Origin: Vulcanimicrobiales bacterium
Lineage (GTDB): Bacteria > Vulcanimicrobiota > Vulcanimicrobiia > Vulcanimicrobiales > Vulcanimicrobiaceae
Direction: 5' to 3'
DNA: 64,000 bases
Assembly: GCA_038231455.1 (NCBI GenBank)
Contig: JBBRLI010000007.1
Coordinates: forward strand, 1 to 64,000
Below the pieces are notes generated by a model, which saw only the letters and a program-made list of their open reading frames with translations, was not told the DNA's origin and did not search any database. How positions within the stretch are numbered: position 1 is the stretch's first letter; each line of letters begins with the position of its first letter. A program made the position numbers and the translations under genes. Positions 10,954 through 20,874 of this stretch are shown in pieces.

Positions 10954-12287
10954 CGACCGTTCGCCGACGCGGCGACGCGCGCGATTTTCATCGGGCGGCC
11001 GACGCCGTAATAGTCCAGCCCCGCCGCGTTGACTTTCAACGGATCGAACACGTTGCGGCCGTCGATCACGATGTTTCCGCGCATCTGCGCTGCGACTTTC
11101 GCAAAATCGATGCTCTTGAACTCGTTCCACTCGGTCGCCAAAACCAAAGCGTCCGCGCCACTCATCGTTTCGTACACTTCATCGTGGAAGGTGACGCCCT
11201 CGGCAAAGAGTCCGCCGGCCGCCGACATCGCGATCGGGTCGTGCGCGCGTACCTGGGCGCCGGCATCACGCAATTCGTTGATAAGGGCGACAGCCGGCGA
11301 ATCGCGCAGATCGTCGGTGTTGGGTTTGAACGCAAGACCGAGCATCGCGATCGTGCGCCCCTCGAGCGTCCCGAGCGCCGCGCGCATTTTCTCGAGCGTG
11401 CGCGGAACTTGGCGACGATTGACCGTTTCGACGGCTCGCAACAGCGGCGCATCGTAATTGCGCTCGGCTGCGATCTGTTCGAGCGCGCGGACGTCTTTGG
11501 GAAAGCACGATCCGCCGTAGCCAATTCCCGGATTGAGAAACTGCGTCCCGATGCGGTGATCGAACCCGATCCCGCGACCGACTGCCTTCACGTCGACGCC
11601 GACGAGTTCGCAAATGTTCGCGATCTCATTGATGAACGAAATCTTTGTTGCGAGAAACGCGTTCGCTGCGTACTTAATCATCTCCGAGGTACGCACGTCG
11701 GTCACGACGACCGGGGCGTCAAGCGCGGCGTAGAGATCGCGCATCACGAGTTCCGCTTCCGGATCGCCCGTCCCGATAACGATGCGATCGGGCTGCATGA
11801 AATCGGCAACCGCCGAACCTTCGCGTAAGAATTCTGGATTACTGACCACCATTACGGCGTGTTTCGCGATGCTATGTTCCTTGATGATCGAGGAAATCAA
11901 CTCGCCGGTTTCCACCGGTACGGTTGATTTCGAAACAACGATCTTCGGGCCGTTGAGTGCTCGTCCGATCTCTCGTGCAACCGCGCGTACGGCACTCAGG
12001 TCAGCATGGCCGTCCTCTCGCATCGGTGTACCGACGGCGATGAAAATAATCTCGGAAGCCTTGATTCCAGCGCTTATGTCGCTCGAGAACGCAAGTCGGC
12101 CCGAGTGCTGGTTGCGCTGCACCATCTCCAAGAGGGACGGCTCGAAAAACGGCAGTTCGCCTCGGCCGAGACGGTCGATTTTCGAACGATCGTTGTCGAT
12201 ACAAACGACTTTATGTCCGAGTTCGGCAAAACAAGTCCCCGTTACGAGTCCGACGTAGCCGGTCCCGATGATCGCAATATCCTTCAT
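10950..12287 (-). CDS. ugd: UDP-glucose 6-dehydrogenase
   Basis: IGTGYVGL, IAVGTP, KSTVPV, NPEFLREG, GYGGSCFPKD and GLAFKPNTDD. Confidence 0.95.
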   Translation of the reverse strand: MKDIAIIGTGYVGLVTGTCFAELGHKVVCIDNDRSKIDRLGRGELPFFEPSLLEMVQRNQHSGRLAFSSDISAGIKASEIIFIAVGTPMREDGHADLSAVRAVAREIGRALNGPKIVVSKSTVPVETGELISSIIKEHSIAKHAVMVVSNPEFLREGSAVADFMQPDRIVIGTGDPEAELVMRDLYAALDAPVVVTDVRTSEMIKYAANAFLATKISFINEIANICELVGVDVKAVGRGIGFDHRIGTQFLNPGIGYGGSCFPKDVRALEQIAAERNYDAPLLRAVETVNRRQVPRTLEKMRAALGTLEGRTIAMLGLAFKPNTDDLRDSPAVALINELRDAGAQVRAHDPIAMSAAGGLFAEGVTFHDEVYETMSGADALVLATEWNEFKSIDFAKVAAQMRGNIVIDGRNVFDPLKVNAAGLDYYGVGRPMKIARVAASANGR

Positions 12288-13570
12288 GCAAGTGTCTCCA
12301 TTACGGGTGGCGGGCTCGTTTCCTGGACGGCATGGGCATCGCGCGAGGTGATCCGAAACAGCGTGACCGCCAGGGCCATTCCGTGCCCGAGAACGAGCGT
12401 TTGGATGACCGCGACGAGCGAGGCATGGTGGAAGGAGACGGCGACGATTTCGCCCGCCATGACCGCGATCAGCGGGACGGTAAAATCGAATCGCTGGAGC
12501 CCGATTTTATACATCGCGGCAATGTTCGCTGAAGCCAACATCACCAGGGCGCATCCGTACAGAAAAACGAGCGGCGCCGCGTCGAGATAGGCTTTTCCGG
12601 CGATGATCGCGATGACGAATCGCGGGGCGAACGCAAAAATCGCAAGTGCCGTGCCGCCGATCAGCAGAACGAGAATGCCCGCCTGGCCAAGCAACGATCG
12701 CGGCGAACGCCCCGCCGCTAGTCGCTCGGCAGCTTTGGGCATGATGATCGTTGGGACAAATGCGAGCACGGTGAAGAGCGCGCGACCGGCAAGCGATGAG
12801 GCGCTGTAGAGTCCGGCGATTTCGGCGGGGAAATAATGCTTGACCAAAATGACATCGAAGAGCGTCATCACGGTGATCGCGCTGACCGAAAGCGCGATGT
12901 TCGAGGAGGTCGCAAGGATGCGGCGCCACGGCAAGACGAGCGCCGTTGCCGGAGCTCCGAATTGCACGAAACGCCACGTTGTATACACAAACGATAGTAC
13001 GAGCGCGACGTCGAGGCCGACGATTGCGCCGAGCGCGCCGAATCCCGCGAGCGGCAACACCGCGCCCAAGAGCGCCTTCCCAACGGCTTCGATGACGTTC
13101 GAGAGGGTGAACGTTCCAAATCGCTGCGCGCCGGAATAAATCCCGCGTTGCACGACGAGGATGAGCGTGAGCGCAAGCGCGACGCCCGATGCGACGATCA
13201 GACGCAAATCGGCGATGTGCAGATAGTCGGCGATCGCGTTCGAAAATAAAAGCGTGAGCGCAAGCGCGAACGCACCGCCTCCGAGCGCCCAGAGCGTGAC
13301 GCGGTTCGCAAGCTTGCGCAAGTGCGGGCGATCTCCCGCAGCGTGTAAGTCGGCAGAAACTTTGGCGATCGCGGTTTGCACGATCAAACCGGGCAGCGAA
13401 CAAATCGTTACCGCCGCGAAGAGCGAGGTGACGACCGCGTATCCGGCGACACCCACGAGCCGGCTGACTTCGAAATACCAAAGATAGTGAAAGATATTCG
13501 CAAGCATGAGACCCGCGAATACGACGGCGCCATGCCGCAGAAAATCGTTCTTGCGAAGGCGCTCGATCAT
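12284..13570 (-). CDS. wzx: Oligosaccharide flippase (Wzx/PST family)
   Basis: About 12 TM helices, DVILVKHYF...AGLYSA motif; within the polysaccharide operon. Confidence 0.8.
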   Translation of the reverse strand: MIERLRKNDFLRHGAVVFAGLMLANIFHYLWYFEVSRLVGVAGYAVVTSLFAAVTICSLPGLIVQTAIAKVSADLHAAGDRPHLRKLANRVTLWALGGGAFALALTLLFSNAIADYLHIADLRLIVASGVALALTLILVVQRGIYSGAQRFGTFTLSNVIEAVGKALLGAVLPLAGFGALGAIVGLDVALVLSFVYTTWRFVQFGAPATALVLPWRRILATSSNIALSVSAITVMTLFDVILVKHYFPAEIAGLYSASSLAGRALFTVLAFVPTIIMPKAAERLAAGRSPRSLLGQAGILVLLIGGTALAIFAFAPRFVIAIIAGKAYLDAAPLVFLYGCALVMLASANIAAMYKIGLQRFDFTVPLIAVMAGEIVAVSFHHASLVAVIQTLVLGHGMALAVTLFRITSRDAHAVQETSPPPVMETLA

Positions 13571-15153
13571 GCGCCGCCGCCGCTGAACTTCGCGCGCAGC
13601 ATCGCCGCGACACGGTCGATCTCACGCACGCCGAGCGCTCTTGCCGTAACCACGAAAACGACGCCGCCGAGCGCCAGCGCAACGAGCACGAAGATCGCAT
13701 CTTGCGTGACGGTTGTGACGCGCGGTTCCGCCACATATTCAAGGTAGGCGATCACGCCGGCCATCACGGCCGATGCGACGCCGACGCGCAGCGCTTGCCA
13801 GGCAACACCACGCCAACCGATCGAGCCGATCAAACCGCGCACGACGACGCTCAGCGCGATCGCTTGTGCGACCTGTGAGAGCGACCCCGCGAGCAGCAGC
13901 CCGCGCGCGCCTAGCGACGGCAGAAACGCGAGCACGAGCACCACGTTGAGCACGACAGATCCAAGCGAGATTGCAACCGTCGGCCACACCGCACTGCAAG
14001 CAAACGTGCAGCGCGAGAGGACGACGTTGATAGCGATCGCGGCAAGACCGACGGCGGCAAACGGAACGAGCGATGCCGTGAAAAGCGTTGCGTGCGGATC
14101 GAAGGCACCGCGTTCGAAAAGCACGCGCACGAGCGGACCCGCGATCACGATCAGACCGACAGTAGCGGGAATCGTGATGACGTTGACGATCTGCAGACTC
14201 GCTTCGACCGCACGCCGCACGGCTGCCCGGTTCGCACGCGCGAACTCCGAGGCGAGCAGCGGAAAGAGCACGGTCGCAAGCGCCGTTGTGAAGACCGTCT
14301 GCGGAAAACTCGTGAGTTTGATTGCGTAGTTCATCCCGGAAATCGCGCCGACGGGCAATCCCGAGGCGAAATGGCGATCCAGAAAAATTCCCGCCTGGCC
14401 GCCGAGCGATCCAAGGACGATCGGTCCGATCACGAGCAGCAATTCGCGCAGTCCCGGGTGATCCAGCGCAACGATTGGCCGGTAGCCGCCAAGCATAAGC
14501 AGCGCAGGCAGCTGTACGACAAGCTGCGCGATCAGACCGAGCAGCGTGCCGAACACGAGCGCGTTAATTCCCCAGTGCGGCGCGAGAACGACGACCGCGG
14601 CGATCGTGCAGATATTGATCGCGACGCCTTGCAGCGCGGCCGAAGTAAACCGGCCTTGCGCGTTGAGCAGCGCACTGAGCGCGCCGGCAAGACTCGTGGT
14701 GACGACGCCGGGGATGATCGCCCGCGTCATCTCGACCGCCGAGGCAGCCTGCTCGTGCGTGAATCCGCTTGCGATCGCCGGCACGTAATATGGCGCGAGG
14801 TACCAACCGGCAACCGAGAGCACGCCCAGCAACACCGCCAACACGTTGAGAATCGTTGAGGCCAGCCGCCAGGCCGATGCGCGGTCGCCCGCTGCAAACC
14901 AGCGCGTGAAAAGCGGCACGAGCGCGCTGACCAGGGCACCATTGAAGAGGCCGAAGACGATCGTCGGAATTGTTGTGGCAGCGATGAACGTGTCGAGTTC
15001 GCGACTCGTTCCGTAGAACCGGGCGTTGACGACTTCACGACCGAACCCAAGGATGCTCGATCCGAGGGTCGCGCTCGCAACGATCGCGGCTGAGGCGAAA
15101 CGGCCGCGGGAGGGCGGACCCGGCTCCGGGAGCGCCCGCAGACGTGCGGGAAT
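13567..15153 (-). CDS. murJ: MurJ/MviN-family lipid-linked glycan flippase (non-canonical start)
   Basis: The frame continues upstream of the track ORF as ASAAIVASATLGSSILGFGREVVNARFYGTSRELDTFIAATTIP, a typical MurJ N-terminus; also LFERGAF and DRHFAS. No ATG/GTG/TTG lies before this segment; ATT 15153 or CTG 15141 are candidates. Confidence 0.85.
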   Translation of the reverse strand: MPARLRALPEPGPPSRGRFASAAIVASATLGSSILGFGREVVNARFYGTSRELDTFIAATTIPTIVFGLFNGALVSALVPLFTRWFAAGDRASAWRLASTILNVLAVLLGVLSVAGWYLAPYYVPAIASGFTHEQAASAVEMTRAIIPGVVTTSLAGALSALLNAQGRFTSAALQGVAINICTIAAVVVLAPHWGINALVFGTLLGLIAQLVVQLPALLMLGGYRPIVALDHPGLRELLLVIGPIVLGSLGGQAGIFLDRHFASGLPVGAISGMNYAIKLTSFPQTVFTTALATVLFPLLASEFARANRAAVRRAVEASLQIVNVITIPATVGLIVIAGPLVRVLFERGAFDPHATLFTASLVPFAAVGLAAIAINVVLSRCTFACSAVWPTVAISLGSVVLNVVLVLAFLPSLGARGLLLAGSLSQVAQAIALSVVVRGLIGSIGWRGVAWQALRVGVASAVMAGVIAYLEYVAEPRVTTVTQDAIFVLVALALGGVVFVVTARALGVREIDRVAAMLRAKFSGGGA

Positions 15154-15169
15154 GGGGGACCTCGCTTAG

Positions 15170-16339
15170 CTAAGAAACGGCCGCTGCGACGCGTTCGATC
15201 ACGGCAAGATACGCCGCGGTGACATCGCGCCAGCTATGCTCGGCGCGGACGTATTCCCTCCCTTGCCCGCCTAAAGCCGTTCCCTCACCGAGGAAATCGG
15301 ATTCGGCCAGCAGCGTGAAGTCGACATCGCTCCGATACCACGCGCCGCCGCGCGCCCGGCGGCACTGATCGACCAGCACCTCACTCTGGGCATTCACCAG
15401 AACCGGGGTGCCGACGGACCACGCTTCGAGCAGCACGATCGAGAGGCTCTCGAACAAGGACGGGTGCACGAGCATCCGAGCGCCCGCCAAGGCCTCGAAT
15501 TTCGCCCGCTCGTCGAGCGTTCCGACCACGCGAATTTTTGGATGATCCGGAAGCGGCATCGTCTGGGGTCCGGCAAGGACGAGGGTCTGCGTGCGATCGG
15601 CTCCGGCAAGAAAACTCGCCAAGAGCGCATCGATGTTCTTCGCCGGATCGATACGGCCGACGTAGAGCAAATACGGTTCGTCGATTCCGTGCCGCGCCGC
15701 GAAGGCGCCCTCATCGATGTTCGCAGGCGGCTCGATTCCAAATCCGACGGGCGGTTCGTCGAGCGCGAGATCGGGGAAGCGCGAGCGAAGCACCGCGCGT
15801 TCGCCGTGACTCGTCGTCACGATGGCGCTCGGCAAGGCAAAAAATGGATCCCACATCGGCAGATGGATCATCCACTCATCGTGCGCGAGCGGAATAAGAA
15901 TCGAGCGGCGCGCGACGTCCGGCAGTCCGAAGTACGTGCTCGCATAAAGATACGGCAGAAACAGCACGGCATCGTCGTTGCGTGCACGAAGCGCTGCGGT
16001 CAATTGCGGAACGTCTGGACCCTGTTCGCGCATCCAGCCGTCGAGCCGCTTTGCTGAAGGATGGATCGTGTACCGCAGCGCTCGCGACGCACGATCGAAG
16101 GCGGACGTACGGCGCTCGCGCGCAACCGGAAAACGAATGGCGGGCACCGCACCGATCGTCGTCGGCCCCGCCGGATAGACGTTCTTCCACGTGCGATGGT
16201 CGCTCGCGCACGTCGTGAGGATCTCGACATCGACGTGCTCGTACAACCGTTTAGCAAGCTCGAGACAAAAACGCTCGGCGCCTCCGATGACGTCCTCGCC
16301 ACAGCGATGGACGACGAGCGCTACTCGGCGTCGAGCCAC
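15170..16339 (-). CDS. GT4 glycosyltransferase
   Basis: GGAE, YVGRIDPAKN and PSLFESLSIVLLEAW motifs. Confidence 0.9.
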   Translation of the reverse strand: MARRRVALVVHRCGEDVIGGAERFCLELAKRLYEHVDVEILTTCASDHRTWKNVYPAGPTTIGAVPAIRFPVARERRTSAFDRASRALRYTIHPSAKRLDGWMREQGPDVPQLTAALRARNDDAVLFLPYLYASTYFGLPDVARRSILIPLAHDEWMIHLPMWDPFFALPSAIVTTSHGERAVLRSRFPDLALDEPPVGFGIEPPANIDEGAFAARHGIDEPYLLYVGRIDPAKNIDALLASFLAGADRTQTLVLAGPQTMPLPDHPKIRVVGTLDERAKFEALAGARMLVHPSLFESLSIVLLEAWSVGTPVLVNAQSEVLVDQCRRARGGAWYRSDVDFTLLAESDFLGEGTALGGQGREYVRAEHSWRDVTAAYLAVIERVAAAVS

Positions 16340-18462
16340 TGCTGCAAACGTGCGATCGCATCACGATCGGAGATGGTCGCCAGCAGACCGCGCTGCGCGG
16401 AGGTGATCGTCCGGCGTAGAACCTCATCATCGGCGATGACTTTGGCGAGCGCGGCAACGCGCACGAGTTCCTCGCGCGAGGTAAAAACGATCCCCGCCGG
16501 TTCGACCAGTTCGCGCGCGATCGGCTCGTCATAGGCGAGGACCGGTGCATCGAAGTGCATCGCGGTGCGCAGTTCCACTCCGAGGCGATCGTTATCACCC
16601 ATCGACCAAAACAGCGATGCGTTGCGAAACATCGCCAAACGTTCGGCGTCGCTCGGCTCGTGGACGAGCACGACGTTGTCCACCAGATTCAATTGATAGA
16701 TCAGATCGCGAACGCGTCCGTAAACGTCTTCGTCAATGTCGCCCGTTGCAATCAAGCATAACCGCACCGATCCGTCGAGCCGAACGTAGTCGAGAAACGC
16801 TTCGAGCAGCGCGTCGAGCGGCACGAGTTCGCGAAAGGGCCCGCTAAAGACCAGGTTCGTGTTGCCGTCTTGCAGGTTGGCATTGAGCTCGGTGTCTGGC
16901 AATTGCTCCCACCGCCGCTCGTCGAGCGGATGCGGCAAGAAGATCGCATCGATGCCGGCCGCACGTAAATCGTCGCAAAGCAAACGCGATGTGGCGAAAA
17001 TAGGGGCGCGTCGGTCGCGAAGAAGCGCGCTCCCAACCGCCGAGAGTGCGTGGTGAACGACGACTGCGGCGCCGGGCGGCGCCGAGCGGATCTCATCGTC
17101 GCTTGCGACGTGCTCGAGCGCCCGGGCGGCATCCGCGGCGACGGAAATGCCGGCGCGCCCGAGCCGCACGTCGAGCGCATCAACGTATGCACGTATCGCG
17201 CGATGCTCCGGATCTGCGCTGATGCGGATCGCACGCGGTGGCCGCGTTTTCGGTTCCGCAATTTCATCGACGATCTCCTCGAAACGCTCGAGCACGCCGT
17301 CCCACGCGGCAAAACGCGCGGCGTAGTCACGTCCCTTTTCGCCGAGAGCCTGCAAATCGCGATCGTCGCCGTCGATCCGCGCAAACGCCGCTTCCCACTC
17401 CGTTGCCGAACCGGCCGTCCACCCGCCGCCGGATTGCACGACGGCCGTCGAGGTCGCAAGGCACGCGGTATGGACGATCGCGGGACGCCCGACGAGCCAC
17501 GCCTCGAAGATCGCGCGGCTGTAGCTTTCATTGAGCGATGGCTGCACGAGTGCACGCGCGTTCGCGAGGAGCGTCCACTTCGCGTCCTCGCTCACGTACC
17601 CAAGATCGACGATCCCATCGTGCCGCGCAAACGACGCACTGCGATCGCCGACGAGCACGAGCTTGAGTTCGGATGTGCGGTAGCGGCGGCGATAGGCATC
17701 GAAGGCAGCAACGGCCAGATTGATATTTTTTGTCGCGTCTTGTCGGCCGACGTAGAGCACGTAACGCTCACGCTTGGGAATAAAACCTTGCACGTGTTCT
17801 TGCGGCACGGTCGGCGGTGCGTCGATTCCGAGGCCCAACACCCGCGACTTTGCGGCAATTCCCGGACCGTAGAGTCGGCGCGCGAGTTCGGCCTCTCCGG
17901 CACTGTTGAACAGCAAACGCCGCGCCTGGTAGTGCGCTTCGGCGACGCGATCGAGATACGCATATGGTTCGTCGTGCAGACACGGCTGAAAGAGCGCCTT
18001 GCGTCCTGCGCCGGCGACGGCGTCGACGACGGGTCCGTAGAGATACGGCAACAGGACGACGGCATCGTAGCGGTCGATGCGTTCGCGCAAGGCATCGGCA
18101 AGCGCCCGCGACCGAATGCCTTCGCGAAAAAACGTTTGTGCTTCCTCCGGTTCGAGCGGGGAGACACCGCGTTTGAGCGACCCCGCCGCGCGAAGAAGCG
18201 TCGTGTTGACCCGCGTGAACGCGCGGCGATCGCGCGCATCGACCGGATAGCGATGGACGCGCATCCCATCGATCTCTTCCACGCCTGCCCGCAGAGCGTT
18301 CCGCGCCCAATCATCCTCAAAGGACCGACAACACGTCGCGAGCACGTCGACATCGTGGCCGCGTGCAGCGAGTCCGCGAGCGAATTCAAACGCCGTCCGC
18401 TCCGCCCCGCCGCGCAAATCGGCACCGAACCACGGCGTCAGAAAGGCGATCGTTCGCTTCAG
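16321..18462 (-). CDS. GT4 glycosyltransferase with a second partial GT-B domain
   Basis: KRTIAFLTPWFGADLRGGAE N-terminus; YVGRQDATKN and PSLNESYSRAIFEAW; second domain NLQDGNTNLVFSG...AMHFDAPVLAY. Probable CTG start at 18462 overlapping the upstream TGA. Confidence 0.85.
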   Translation of the reverse strand: MKRTIAFLTPWFGADLRGGAERTAFEFARGLAARGHDVDVLATCCRSFEDDWARNALRAGVEEIDGMRVHRYPVDARDRRAFTRVNTTLLRAAGSLKRGVSPLEPEEAQTFFREGIRSRALADALRERIDRYDAVVLLPYLYGPVVDAVAGAGRKALFQPCLHDEPYAYLDRVAEAHYQARRLLFNSAGEAELARRLYGPGIAAKSRVLGLGIDAPPTVPQEHVQGFIPKRERYVLYVGRQDATKNINLAVAAFDAYRRRYRTSELKLVLVGDRSASFARHDGIVDLGYVSEDAKWTLLANARALVQPSLNESYSRAIFEAWLVGRPAIVHTACLATSTAVVQSGGGWTAGSATEWEAAFARIDGDDRDLQALGEKGRDYAARFAAWDGVLERFEEIVDEIAEPKTRPPRAIRISADPEHRAIRAYVDALDVRLGRAGISVAADAARALEHVASDDEIRSAPPGAAVVVHHALSAVGSALLRDRRAPIFATSRLLCDDLRAAGIDAIFLPHPLDERRWEQLPDTELNANLQDGNTNLVFSGPFRELVPLDALLEAFLDYVRLDGSVRLCLIATGDIDEDVYGRVRDLIYQLNLVDNVVLVHEPSDAERLAMFRNASLFWSMGDNDRLGVELRTAMHFDAPVLAYDEPIARELVEPAGIVFTSREELVRVAALAKVIADDEVLRRTITSAQRGLLATISDRDAIARLQQWLDAE

Positions 18463-18893
18463 ATCGATCGACCGTCGCGATCGAGTTCGCGCTCGAGCCC
18501 ATCGACCTGCGAGCGTAGCAACTCGACTTGCTCGATCAGGCGGCGATTGACCGTTGCATTCTCGCGAAGCGCACGGATCAGCGACTCATTGACGTTGCGC
18601 TGATCTTTAAAGAGGAACGCCAGCAGAGCGAGCACCGCCCGCTGCAGCCGCGCGCTGCGGTCGAGCGGAAAGAGCCGGAGGTGGCTCGGCCACTTCGTGC
18701 GGACCTGCGAGGCGTGCTCGGCGATGTTGAGGAGCGTTTCGATTGAGGCGAGGCTCGCGGCGCTCGCCGTCATGAGGAGCCGCAGATTCGCGGTCGGCGG
18801 ACGCGTGACGGAGCGACGACGACGCGCAAGTTCTTCGTCGACGCGGAGCATCAACTCATCGGGGTCGATCCCCGGGTTCGTCGTCACGATCAC
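18459..18893 (-). CDS. Hypothetical helical/coiled-coil protein of the glycan operon
   Basis: GTG overlaps the upstream stop (GTGA); IDPDELMLRVDEEL...LFKDQRNVNESLIRAL...LIEQVELLRSQVDGLERE. Confidence 0.65.
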   Translation of the reverse strand: MIVTTNPGIDPDELMLRVDEELARRRRSVTRPPTANLRLLMTASAASLASIETLLNIAEHASQVRTKWPSHLRLFPLDRSARLQRAVLALLAFLFKDQRNVNESLIRALRENATVNRRLIEQVELLRSQVDGLERELDRDGRSI

Positions 18894-20218
18894 GCTGCGG
18901 TCGGGTTTTCGGATCGTGGGCGATTCTCCCCGTCCGCGCGCGACCCGGCAGCGACGCCGACGATCAACCACCACGTGCCGGCGACCGTTGGGTAGAAGAC
19001 CAAATCGTCGAAGAGCCCATGCGCGACAAATCCGGCCGTTGCGGCGCTCGCCGCGAGCGCGAGCGGTGAAGAGCGAAGGTCGCCGACCGCGACGACGGCT
19101 TGGCGAATCAAAAACGCCGTTGCCGCAAGCAGCACGATCCCGCCGTCAGCCAGCGTTTCGAAGAGCCAGCTGTTGGCGTGCGTGCGCAGTTCGGGATACC
19201 CAACCGATGCAAGGCGCACTTCGAAGTTGCCCGCACCGACGCCAACGAGCGGGCTGCTGCGAAAGAGGGCGATCGCCGCATGCCAGAGTTGCGTTCGTGT
19301 CCCAAGGCCATCGGGGCGCGCGACCTCATCGGCCGAAACGATACGCGCGAACGTTCCGGAAACAAACGCGAGCACGCCGAGCGCCGCGACTGCGCCGATG
19401 CAGGCGAAAAGCGCCCCGCGCAACCGCGCGGAGAGCGGACGCGCCTGCAGCACGACGAGCGACGCGACGGCAGCACCGATCGCGCCGCCGCGCGAGAGGG
19501 TCGCAAGGAGTGCAAGACCGAGCACGACGAGCGATACAATCGCGAGCCGCGATCGCCATTCGAGAACGCCCAAAAGCAAGACCGGCAAGAGCAGACCGAG
19601 ATATCCGGCAAGTTGATTGGGACCCGCCAGGAGACCCGCAATGCGCGGCACCACGGTCGAACCGAGCGGAAATCCCGACGGCGCGCCGGTGAAGAGCTGC
19701 GCGAGCGCACCGATCGAAACGAATGCCGCGACCAGCGCAACGCTCGTGAACACGAGACGGTCGTTCCGTTCGGCCGCGAAGGCCGCGTGCGCCATCAGAA
19801 ACGTGATCGCATACTCGAGCAATTTGAGCAGTTCTTGGAAGACGAGTCCGCGATCGTGCGCGCCGAACGCCGAAAGCGCCATTGCGATGGCCATCGCACC
19901 GAATCCAATGCCCACGATACGCACCGCGGGTCGGCGTAATGTCCGCAACAGTTTTGGTTGCGTGAGGAAGGCGATGCCGACGGCGGATGAGACGAGCACG
20001 GAGACGCTGAGCGAGAAGCCCCCGTGGACGTGCGTCCATTCGATCTCATCGGTGAAAAACAGCAGCGCTACCGCCCACGTCGGCCGCGCGCGTGCCAAGA
20101 CGAACGCCGCAATCGTGATCGTGGCGAAAAAAGCACTGGACAGCGGGTCGATATCGAGCCGACGCATCGGTTCGATGACGACCGGGCCGAACAGCCCGAT
20201 CGCCGCGGCGAGCTTCAG
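18890..20218 (-). CDS. O-antigen ligase/polymerase (WaaL/Wzy_C) family
   Basis: RIAGLLAGPNQLAGYL, TLSRGG, RTQLWHAA...PLVGVGAGNF and HANSW..ETLADGG; start uncertain (CTG 20218 or the later ATG of MRRLDID). Confidence 0.85.
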   Translation of the reverse strand: MKLAAAIGLFGPVVIEPMRRLDIDPLSSAFFATITIAAFVLARARPTWAVALLFFTDEIEWTHVHGGFSLSVSVLVSSAVGIAFLTQPKLLRTLRRPAVRIVGIGFGAMAIAMALSAFGAHDRGLVFQELLKLLEYAITFLMAHAAFAAERNDRLVFTSVALVAAFVSIGALAQLFTGAPSGFPLGSTVVPRIAGLLAGPNQLAGYLGLLLPVLLLGVLEWRSRLAIVSLVVLGLALLATLSRGGAIGAAVASLVVLQARPLSARLRGALFACIGAVAALGVLAFVSGTFARIVSADEVARPDGLGTRTQLWHAAIALFRSSPLVGVGAGNFEVRLASVGYPELRTHANSWLFETLADGGIVLLAATAFLIRQAVVAVGDLRSSPLALAASAATAGFVAHGLFDDLVFYPTVAGTWWLIVGVAAGSRADGENRPRSENPTAA

Positions 20219-20874
20219 TGCGCGCCGATTCCGCGCAGTACCGCGGGAATCGTCCGCAAAATAATCCCGAGATCCCCAAGCGGCGTCCACGTTTGAATGT
20301 ACGTGCGGTCGAGTTCGACCCACGCGTGAAAGGGCACGTTCGATCGTCCGGAGATTTGCCAGAGACAGGTGATGCCGGGTTTTACGGTCAGGCGCACGAG
20401 CGCATCCGGAGCGTAATTTTCGACTTCACTCGGAAGCGGCGGGCGGGGGCCAACGATCGCCATCTCTCCGCATAAGACGTTGAAGAAGTTCGGCAGTTCA
20501 TCGATGCTCGTGCGGCGCAACAGCGACCCGAGCGCATGCAGCCGCGGGTCGCGCTTGATCTTGAAAACGGGACCTGGAACTTCGTTGAGATGCTCGATGT
20601 CTTTTGCGTAGCGCTCCGCATCGACGATCATCGTACGCAGCTTCACCATTTTGAAGCGCCGGCCGTTTAGCCCAACGCGTTCTTGCAAGAAAAACGGCGA
20701 ACCCGGCGAGACGATCGCGATGCCGAGTGCCGCGACGGCAACGATCGGAGCGGTGGCGACGGCGACGCTGCCGCCGACGATGAGATCGAGGGCACGTTTG
20801 AGCGTATGCCAGTGGGCGGGAACGACGCGCGCACGCCGAGCGGTCGCGCGCGCAGTCAAAGGAACGACGTTCAT
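20215..20874 (-). CDS. Priming sugar transferase (Bac_transf; WcaJ/EpsE-like C-terminal domain)
   Basis: KRALDL, FFLQERVGLNG, KLRTM, DPR, RRTSIDELP, VGPRP and KPGITCLWQISGR; ATG overlaps the deoB stop. Confidence 0.92.
   Translation of the reverse strand: MNVVPLTARATARRARVVPAHWHTLKRALDLIVGGSVAVATAPIVAVAALGIAIVSPGSPFFLQERVGLNGRRFKMVKLRTMIVDAERYAKDIEHLNEVPGPVFKIKRDPRLHALGSLLRRTSIDELPNFFNVLCGEMAIVGPRPPLPSEVENYAPDALVRLTVKPGITCLWQISGRSNVPFHAWVELDRTYIQTWTPLGDLGIILRTIPAVLRGIGAH

Noticed and set aside
17050-18603. 517-aa plus-strand ORF
   Set aside because: Antisense shadow of the GT4 gene; Arg-rich with no motifs, as is typical of high-GC DNA.
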